From Nitrospirales bacterium (GTDB lineage: Bacteria; Nitrospirota; Nitrospiria; Nitrospirales; UBA8639), in the NCBI GenBank assembly GCA_965203295.1, contig CBDBCZ010000011.1, forward strand, positions 608,001 through 672,000: 64,000 bases of DNA, read 5' to 3'. The notes beneath the pieces were generated by a model. It was not told where the DNA came from. It saw only the letters and a list, made by a program, of their open reading frames with translations, and did no database searches. Positions within the stretch are counted from its first letter, which is position 1. Each line of letters opens with the position of its first letter. Both the position numbers and the translations under genes were made by a program. Below are positions 55,566 through 64,000 of this stretch, one piece after another.

Positions 55566-57410
55566 TCAATCAGTTACATCGTTGGTTTTTTCAGTAATGC
55601 TCACTGGTTCACGAAGTAATGATACACACTCTTCCGAGTTGTTCCTCCTGAACTGTCTCTTGACAACTTGCAATTTCAAAAATGTCCACCACTGCCGCAA
55701 TGAGTCCCGTTTTACAAACATCCAGTGCAGTATCAGCATGGTCATGTAAAGAAGAGGAACTAATCCAGATATGACCGTTAAACCTGCAGCCAGTTTATTT
55801 CCTAAGAAAAAATAATCGGTTTGTGCTAATATAGCTACTACTGTGCCAAAATAGAAGAGCGCTACAGCAAGATTCAAAACCACATCTACTACAACGTGAC
55901 TTGAGGTTTTATAAGGCCTCACTGTAGTAATCAACACAGCAAACAATGTAAACAGTACTCCTACGATAAAAGAAGCCATGACTACAGAAGATATTGACAC
56001 TACTGCAGCAATGATGAAGAAGAAAATTCGCATCAAAAGATACACAGCTGAAATATATCGACAATCCCTTGTGCCTTCAGTGCCGTTCTTGTACCCATTA
56101 TGGAAGGCATCCATGAATGTGTGCAGTGCCTGGCACCTGAGTTCGTAATAATTCAGTACTCTTTGGAAGCAGCGACAGGGATACAAACACAAAAGCAGTA
56201 GTGGAAGAATATTGAATATAATGAGTATTGTAATAGCTAGAATAGCATAGGGTAAATGCTGCTTTCCAAAGTATTCAACTGTTCCATCAAAGTAGAGGTA
56301 CGGTTCCAGTGACTCCCCATGAACATCATGCAGATGTACAGGAATGAGTAAATCAAATGATACACTAAGAAATTTAACATATGAAAGGAGAAGAAAGGAT
56401 GCAAAAGCATCAACTAAGGAAGTTTGAATATATGTCCTTTGAAAGCGAGTAAAGCATCTACGAAATGGTTTCCACAGCCACACCACTATCTTGCAGTTAC
56501 GACCATATAGCTCAACAAGAGAATATACAATCAGTATCAAGAGAAGTGGGTATGCTGCTATAATGTAGTCCAGGGCCAATACATGTAAAGAATTCATGTT
56601 GGGATTTAGGCAAAATAGTGGATATAGGGTACGGAAGAAGTCCAGGTTCCAAAAGCCTGCCAGTGATAGACCTAGGCGAGAAGAAATTACACTTTGATGG
56701 TTATCTCTAATTACTAAAAAACTTAGGAGTATTCTTACTTGTGCTGGTGCTGTCAGCACTTGGCAAGCCAGCACGAATGCATTCATCGAGGGTGAAGTAG
56801 CACTGATGCGAAGAGTAACCAGCATAATAAAGAAGCCAGTGAGTGGAAGAAAGGCCATGATACAATACTTAACAGTAGAGTTTATAATCGAATGCTTGCT
56901 GTCAGAACACTCGACACAATTCCAGTCATAAGAGTATGCAGGTGGAGTAAACCCTTCTTTGCACCTTCCACACAGCTGACCATCTCGATTCCAGCTTAGC
57001 ACCCCAGTAATCACAGCTGTGGAAGCATTGCACATGTGCATGGATAGTTCACTTGTAGTATTGGGAACTGGATTATAGTGCTGACTACGTGGGTGCTGAC
57101 ATCTGAACATGCAAGCACCAACAACAGTAATGTTCGGATTCTTCGCATATTGTGTCATACAGAAACATGGAAGCAACTTCACCTGCAAAGTCTCCTCATC
57201 ACAGCGCACCACACGCTTTAAGTCACTACCACAGCTACAGTTTGAACTACCATTGGTGTTCTCAAAAATGCTCCACGGGCCAGGGCAGGTAAGATTTACT
57301 GGATGCACAGAAGTTCTGTTCTCGTACTCTCCAATTCTATCTTCATCAGTAGACTGGGTACCAACTGGACTGATGAGGAATAGTAAACAAATGACACTAG
57401 CAGCCGGCAT
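55566..57410 (-). CDS. Uncharacterised intronless membrane protein: signal peptide, Cys-rich ectodomain, ~9-10 TM helices (paralog A, 614 aa)
   Basis: 614-aa ORF with ATG and a hydrophobic leader; CSCG, LPCFCMT, GAC, RDGQLCGRC and CVEC motifs; many hydrophobic segments; alignable along almost its whole length with 61310-63106. Confidence 0.9.
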   Translation of the reverse strand: MPAASVICLLFLISPVGTQSTDEDRIGEYENRTSVHPVNLTCPGPWSIFENTNGSSNCSCGSDLKRVVRCDEETLQVKLLPCFCMTQYAKNPNITVVGACMFRCQHPRSQHYNPVPNTTSELSMHMCNASTAVITGVLSWNRDGQLCGRCKEGFTPPAYSYDWNCVECSDSKHSIINSTVKYCIMAFLPLTGFFIMLVTLRISATSPSMNAFVLACQVLTAPAQVRILLSFLVIRDNHQSVISSRLGLSLAGFWNLDFFRTLYPLFCLNPNMNSLHVLALDYIIAAYPLLLILIVYSLVELYGRNCKIVVWLWKPFRRCFTRFQRTYIQTSLVDAFASFLLLSYVKFLSVSFDLLIPVHLHDVHGESLEPYLYFDGTVEYFGKQHLPYAILAITILIIFNILPLLLLCLYPCRCFQRVLNYYELRCQALHTFMDAFHNGYKNGTEGTRDCRYISAVYLLMRIFFFIIAAVVSISSVVMASFIVGVLFTLFAVLITTVRPYKTSSHVVVDVVLNLAVALFYFGTVVAILAQTDYFFLGNKLAAGLTVISGLVPLLYMTMLILHWMFVKRDSLRQWWTFLKLQVVKRQFRRNNSEECVSLLREPVSITEKTNDVTD

Positions 57411-58873
57411 TGTGATTTATTGGAGTCACTGATCTAACTATTGCCTTTCCAACTTCAACTGCTGTACTTAACAGTTCTCACTGAATGCGAAATTCAAAAG
57501 GAAGCCAGTATTGTTGACAGGGGGAATTTGAAATGAATTAGAGACACATAAGACATAACTAATGCCTTTCAAATTCGACAGGAAGCCAATGTCGTTGACA
57601 AGGGGAATTCGAAATGAAATACATTTACTAAATTTATGGTAACTGTGTACATATAATATAGTAGCTGAATCCTTGAAATGATCATTCATTGTCCCAAACA
57701 CTTCAGAAACAAGCCAATGGGAGGGAAAATGCACTTGTGGCAGTCATGGGGTATTATTTCTTTGCATATTTCTATCATGTCATTGTGTTTAAAACACTAC
57801 CCCAACTATGCATCAGTATGAGCCCTGAAATTCTGAGACACACCGCTTTGAACTGTGTCATGCAGGATGGAATCATATTATTAGATTTCTGCATACATGG
57901 GATTGCCGCCCTTGCTATTTATCTTGTACCAGCAACTACCATGCTCAAGGTGCCTGTATACATACGTATATGCATGTATTATATATCAACGCAGCAATTA
58001 GGATAGTACATGTGCTTTCAAATTTCCAGTGCATGTAGGTAAATTGTATGGTGCTGCTACAAGCCTCTGTATGCATCATGTATGTGCCCTACCCTTAACA
58101 GAAGTGCTTTGAACACAGTGACATGTTAAAATACATGACAGAATAATTTTCAATTTCTACATGGGACTACCACACTTACAACTTCTTTGTTACCAGAACT
58201 GCAGTGATTTGTTGTTCCAGGCTCAGGTTATCTGTGTACTTAACACTTGTAGCAAAGATTCACCAGATGACTTTCACTTCAAATTCCAATGATATTTAAT
58301 GTAACAGCTTAAAATGCTGATGTGGTTGAATTTTTAAAGCGATCTATGAAAAGGTTTTCGTATAGCCATACTTGTGGAGCTCTATTCAAGAGAATATTCA
58401 AGTGAATTGGGTATGTATGTAAATATAAATGTATATACTGGTATCTCTGTCTGTCACATGCACTTTCTTGGCCTCAGAGGGCAGGCAACATGTTTGAAAT
58501 TGTGTCTTGGGCAGTACATGGATGCCGTCGTTGAGCTCATGGTACAGAAAGAGGCAGAGATCGGGACAAGTCTACTTTATCATTTTATCAAGTAAGGCTT
58601 ACTACAGCTTCCCGGGTAGTAGAGGTGTAGCTGCTCAGTAAGCAGAGATACGAGACTGAGACAGATGGCACAATCAGCGAGCGATAAAGAAGGAAAAGGC
58701 CCCTCTCGCCGTTCTCCTGAGGCAGTCATACTAGGAAGACAGAAAGATCATTCACCTGAATGCCAATCATTTCTTCATAGCTCCAGCAGTTTATTTATTC
58801 ACTTTGGCTGACTCATGAAAATAGTAGCCCCATGTGCATCCTGGAGCCCCACTCCTCACCCCGTGTGCATCCA

Positions 58874-59270
<397 letters not shown>

Positions 59271-59289
59271 GCAATCTCCACCCTGTGTA

Positions 59290-60275
59290 CATGTGTTGTT
59301 GGCACTCCCAAATTCCTGCAGGTATGGCACTAGATTGGCGATAGTCTGAGGGAGAGTGGAGCATATTGTCCTGCCCATCAGAAGCTCAGGTGGAAACCTT
59401 CCACACCATGGTAAAGGAGTCACCCTGTAGGAGAGTAGTGCAAGAAAGGGCTCATCTGCATTCTTCAGTAGGTGTTTGACCGTCTTGTTTGATATCGTAG
59501 CTGACTCTGTCCAGGTGCAGGCGGAACCTGAGGACGTGTGGGGGTGGGTTATCAAGGTGCTTGTCCCCCAGCAGTTGAGCGAGGGGTTTGTGATCTCATA
59601 AAGTGCTTCCCTTGATAGAGTTGGCGAACTTCTCGCACTAGGCCAAGTTGTTTGTGAGGGCCTCCTTCTCAATCTGAGCGTATTGACGTTCAGTCTCTGA
59701 CATAGACCGAGAGGCGAATGCGACTGGGTTCCTGGAGGTATCAAATTTCTGGAGCACTGCTCCGAGGCCATGGGAGGATACATCAGCAGGAATGGGCGTC
59801 GGTGCTGCAGGATCATAGAGAGCTAGTGTAGGGGGCTCTGAGAGCTCCTCCTTTATCAGCTGGAATGGTGTAGACTGGGAGGAACCCCAGGTCCAGCTTC
59901 TCAACGAAGTGGCCATGTGATCTCCGCTAGGTTAGGGGTGAACTTTCCAAGCTGGTTAGTCAGATAACCCTAGGAATCTCCTGAGCTCGGATACTGAGGT
60001 CAATGGGCTCGTTTTTCTGATTGCCTCTGATTTCTCTGGGTCATCTCTTATACCTTCTCCATCGATGATGTGGGTAAGAGTTTGTCCTTGCTGAACTGGC
60101 CCTTCTGCGGGTTGAGTGTTGCTCCAGTATCCTCGATGCATCTAAGGACTGTCTCCAGTCATGCTCGGCTTCGTCCTTCCCGAAGACTAGGTTGTCTTCC
60201 ATCTGACACACGACCCCCTGAAGGTCGATAAGGAGCTCACTTATTCATCGCCTAAGGTGCTCGGGCGCACATGCA
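59290..60275 (-). mobile_element. Decayed, internally deleted Ty3/Gypsy-type LTR retrotransposon pol fragment
   Basis: RT remnant APEH..ISELLIDLQGVVCQMEDNLVFG and GIRDDPEK..SELRRFLG; RNase H region LALYDP...ADVSSHGLGAVLQ..PVAFASRSMSETERQYAQIEKEAL; integrase tail LALLSYRVTPL..PPELLMGR. Stops and frameshifts are present. Confidence 0.9.
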
Positions 60276-61309
60276 AGCTATAGAAAACTCTCCAGAATGA
60301 TCTGCTCTGCTTGTTTTTTTAAGGTGTTTTTTTACACTCTGTCTATGATTATGTAGTACGTATGTGCTTTGAGGGGAAGGTTCTGTAAAAATATTTCCAT
60401 GGTTTCTAAAGACGCTCTGTCTCTTTTCTCCCCGCTTGAATGGTATTTAACATTTGTTTGGAGTAGTGAGCATGACAGCTTCCCATCCTCCATGTAATCA
60501 TACCAATATTGCCTTCAGATGTGCATAGTGCGTTCGAACCCATTGATTAGATCCTGGTCACATAGATACTGTATATCAACTATTTCCTACTCAACAGTAA
60601 TTTGTGTGTGGGAAGTTACTTATTGCTTTTGGTGTATTTCATCATTTGTTATACAAACAGCGTGGCATTTGTCCAGTGTACTATCTTATCTAGGTTCCAT
60701 GGACACTGATACTTGTGTGTAGGTAGAGAGTACATGTTTATGCTAATAACAACACCTTTCAGCCTAGTGACAATACTTGCATGTGTAATCTCTTTACTAC
60801 TAGTATTTCAATATTCCCTCAGTGCCCTCAAAGACAACCTTTGGAAAAGTCATTGTACTTCATCAATTGAGGGATTTTATGTAGTTGCAACAAAAACATT
60901 TTCTCTTCAGCTAAAGAGTAGCTCTGTCCTGACTAGAAAGGTTCCTCTGTATACATCTAAGATTTGACAAAAAGACCCACAGTGTACTTTACATCTTACG
61001 AATTAAGGGCTCACGTGAAATTCATTGGACCTGTTGAACAAGGCAGGAGACTCTGCTATACTCGTAGCAATTGTGCTATAATCTACATTGTCCAAATTTG
61101 GTGTCTCTTTCCGGATTGCCTCAATGTTGAAGGGCTACGTATATGTCATAGTTGTAGTGTGCTGCTCAGTCTGCCCACTCAGTAAATGGATTTGTACAAA
61201 GCGTAGGTTTGATGATAGTAGTTGTGCGTTCTTTTCTGGCAGAATTGACAGTCGGAGCTATTTTTTTGCAGTGGAAATCGTAAAGGCAGTAGTTAGCTAA
61301 AGGTCTTAT

Positions 61310-63106
61310 GTGACTCCAGTGATCACCATTAGAATCTTTTGTTTACTGTTCCTCATCATTCAAGTTGGTACCCAGTCTAATGATGATGATGGAATGCGAG
61401 AATACGGGATTAGCACTCCTGTGCATCCAGTAACTCTTACCTGCCCTGGCCTGTGGAGTATTTTTGAGAACACTAATGGCAGTTCAAAGTGTAGCTGTGG
61501 TAGTGAGTTAAATCATGTGGTGCGCTGTGATGAAAAGACATTGCAGGTGAAGTTGCTTCCGTGTTTCTGTATGACACAGTATGTTAAAAACCCGAATATC
61601 ACCGTTGTTGGTGCTTGCATGTATAGATGTCGTTTGGCACATGGCTTGCCATATAATCCAGTTCCCAATACTACAAGTGAACTATCCATGCACATGTGCA
61701 ATGCTGCCACAGCTGCGATTACTGGGTTGCTAAGCTGGAATCGAGATGGTCAGTTGTGTGGAAAGTGCCATGAGGGCTTCGCTCCACCTGCGTACTCTTA
61801 TGACTGGAGTTGTGTCGAGTGTTCAGACAGTAAGCATTCTGTTATAAACTCCATTGTCAAGTATTGTGTCATTGCCTTTCTTCCACTCACTGCTTTCTTT
61901 TTCATGATGGTTACTCTTCGCATTAGTGCTACTTCACCCTCAATGAACGCTTTCATGCTGGCTTGCCAAGTGCTGACAGCACCTCTGCTAGTAAGAGTAG
62001 CCCTGAGTTGTGTATCAGTGAGCCCTCGTAACCTTAAAGCAACTATTACTGTTCGTATAGTATTGTCACTATATGGCTTTTGGAACTTGGACTTCTTCCG
62101 CACACTATATCCACCATTCTGCCTTAATCCAAACATGAATTCTCTGCATATATTAGCACTTGACTATATTGTAGCAGCATACCCGCTTCTCTTGTTACTG
62201 ATTACATATTCTCTTGTAGAGCTACATGGTCGCAACTGCAAGATAATGGTGTGGCTATGGAAACCTTTTCGTAGGTGCTTTATTCGCATTCAAAGGACAT
62301 ATATTCAGACTTCCTTGATTGATGCCTTTGCATCTTTTCTTCTCCTTTCATATGTTAAATTTCTTAGTGTATCATTTGATTTACTCATTCCTGTACATCT
62401 GTATGATGTTCATGGGGCGTCGATGGAACCGTACCTCTACTTTGATGGAACAGTTGAATACTTTGGAAAGCAGCATTTACCCTATGCTGTTCTAGCTATT
62501 ACAGTTCTCATTATATTCAATGTTCTTCCACTACTGCTTTTGTGTTTGTATCCCTGTCGCTGCTTTCAAAAAGTACTGAATTATTGTGGACTCAGGTGCC
62601 AGGCACTGCACATATTTATGGATGCCTTCCATAATGGGTACAAGAATGGTACTGAAGGTACAAGGGATTATCGATATCTTTCAGTGGCATACCTTCTAAT
62701 GCGCATTTTCTGTTTCATCATTGCTGCACTGACATTAACTTCTGTAATCATGACTTATTTTATTGTAGGTGTTCAGTTTGCAGTGTTTGCTATTTTGATC
62801 TCTATATTAAAACCTTATAAAGTTTCACGTGCTACTGCAGTGGATGTTGTATTGAATCTTGCTGTATCGATCTTCAGTTTCAGTGCTGTGGCTAACCAAT
62901 TAGGAGGAATTGATTATCGTTTCTTTGCAAATACACTGGCTGGAGGAGTAATGGTCATATCAGGATCAGCTCCTCTTTTTTATATCACCATGCTGATATT
63001 GAAGAAGTGGTGGAGATTTCTGAAATTGGCACTTTTAAAGGGACAGTTAAGGTTGAACAACTCAGAGGGATATGAAATAATACTCCCTGAGCCATTTGAA
63101 CACTAG
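61310..63106 (+). CDS. Paralog B of the Cys-rich multi-pass membrane protein; frame intact but the ancestral ATG is missing
   Basis: 598-codon open frame closely similar to paralog A. It starts at GTG, with an in-frame TAA at 61298. The first in-frame ATG is at 61394, after the signal peptide. Confidence 0.8.
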   Translation: MTPVITIRIFCLLFLIIQVGTQSNDDDGMREYGISTPVHPVTLTCPGLWSIFENTNGSSKCSCGSELNHVVRCDEKTLQVKLLPCFCMTQYVKNPNITVVGACMYRCRLAHGLPYNPVPNTTSELSMHMCNAATAAITGLLSWNRDGQLCGKCHEGFAPPAYSYDWSCVECSDSKHSVINSIVKYCVIAFLPLTAFFFMMVTLRISATSPSMNAFMLACQVLTAPLLVRVALSCVSVSPRNLKATITVRIVLSLYGFWNLDFFRTLYPPFCLNPNMNSLHILALDYIVAAYPLLLLLITYSLVELHGRNCKIMVWLWKPFRRCFIRIQRTYIQTSLIDAFASFLLLSYVKFLSVSFDLLIPVHLYDVHGASMEPYLYFDGTVEYFGKQHLPYAVLAITVLIIFNVLPLLLLCLYPCRCFQKVLNYCGLRCQALHIFMDAFHNGYKNGTEGTRDYRYLSVAYLLMRIFCFIIAALTLTSVIMTYFIVGVQFAVFAILISILKPYKVSRATAVDVVLNLAVSIFSFSAVANQLGGIDYRFFANTLAGGVMVISGSAPLFYITMLILKKWWRFLKLALLKGQLRLNNSEGYEIILPEPFEH

Positions 63107-63669
63107 CGAATTATGCAACTGATGGATATGAATGGCACCAATGTTATTTACTGCTAATACTTTCATGCACAATTAATCATCACAACAGGCTGTTTTTTTG
63201 TGTTTTCTTGTACCTTCTACAAATGTACGATGCTATTTTTAAAGTGTAGATGTATTATCTCCACCTTGCATACCTGTGATAGAGATAGTTTATTTCAATG
63301 CTAATTAACTTATGTTTATGAATTCATGTTGGTATGTCAGAAAGTGTATTCACCACAATTTTTTCTTTGTAATGTTAAGTAAAAGGCTTCAACAAGTACA
63401 TGTGTGTAACAATGTCTGTAATTTTACTGTGTTCCAAAGTCAGAGATATTTGATGTCTAGTGCATTTAGCAGTATTGCATGTGTGCTACGTAAAGTATGC
63501 ATATTGGCAGGTGGGCCGATTTTATTTAATATTGGGTTTGATCACAGTTTCTGCATCAGAGATACTCACTTCAAGATGTTGGGCAGGTGGGGAAGCAATA
63601 TATATATCTAGCTTATCGAATATGTACACACATCTTTCAGGAACCGTAGCTAAGTTCTCAAAGCTATTT

Positions 63670-64000
63670 GGAATGATCTGCTCTGCATTGGCTACAATTG
63701 AGCTTGTTTGTTTTTGCACACATAGTCTATGATAGTGTAGTATGTGCTTTGAGGGGAAGATTCTGGGAAAACGTTCTCCATGTTTTCTAAAGAGGCTTGT
63801 CTCTTTTCTCTCTGCTTGAATGGTAATTAATATTTGTTTGAAGTAGTGAGCATGACAACTACTCATAATATTATTCATCCTCCATGTAATCATAACTATT
63901 ATTGCCTTATAGTAGTGGTAGACTTTTCTTGTTGGCCATTACTAAGCCCGAGCCCATTGAAGTTGGTTGCATAGATATTGTATAGCAACTATCTCATACT
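63670..64000 (+). repeat. Diverged direct copy of 60290-60592
   Basis: Shared GAATGATCTGCTCTGC, ATGTGCTTTGAGGGGAAG, GCTTGAATGGTA, AGTAGTGAGCATGACA and CATCCTCCATGTAATCATA. Confidence 0.85.

Overview
Eukaryotic (animal) genomic DNA with GT-AG introns, microsatellites and many short non-autonomous transposons. The gene content (intronless TRAF, Cys-rich multi-pass membrane paralogs) suggests a demosponge, but that is inference only. Genes: (1) a minus-strand SH3-DH-PH RhoGEF of the ARHGEF4/SPATA13/ARHGEF9 family that runs off the left edge, probably with a long disordered N-terminus encoded at 23.7-27.1 kb; (2) an intronless TRAF-like gene on the opposite strand, apparently inside a RhoGEF intron; (3) a complete 3-exon crooked-neck gene (CRNKL1, ~724 aa), head-to-head with (4) U2SURP/SR140, of which only the first 8 exons are found; (5) two intronless paralogous Cys-rich ~10-TM proteins, divergently oriented, probably inside a U2SURP intron, with a decayed Gypsy pol between them. 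The most unusual signals are splice acceptors where (CA)n replaces the polypyrimidine tract (including one intron bracketed by complementary GT/AC repeats), the nested membrane-protein cluster with one copy lacking its ATG, a short palindromic mobile element with a filled and an empty site, and several satellites built from transposon ends. There is no evidence for CRISPR arrays, rRNA or tRNA.
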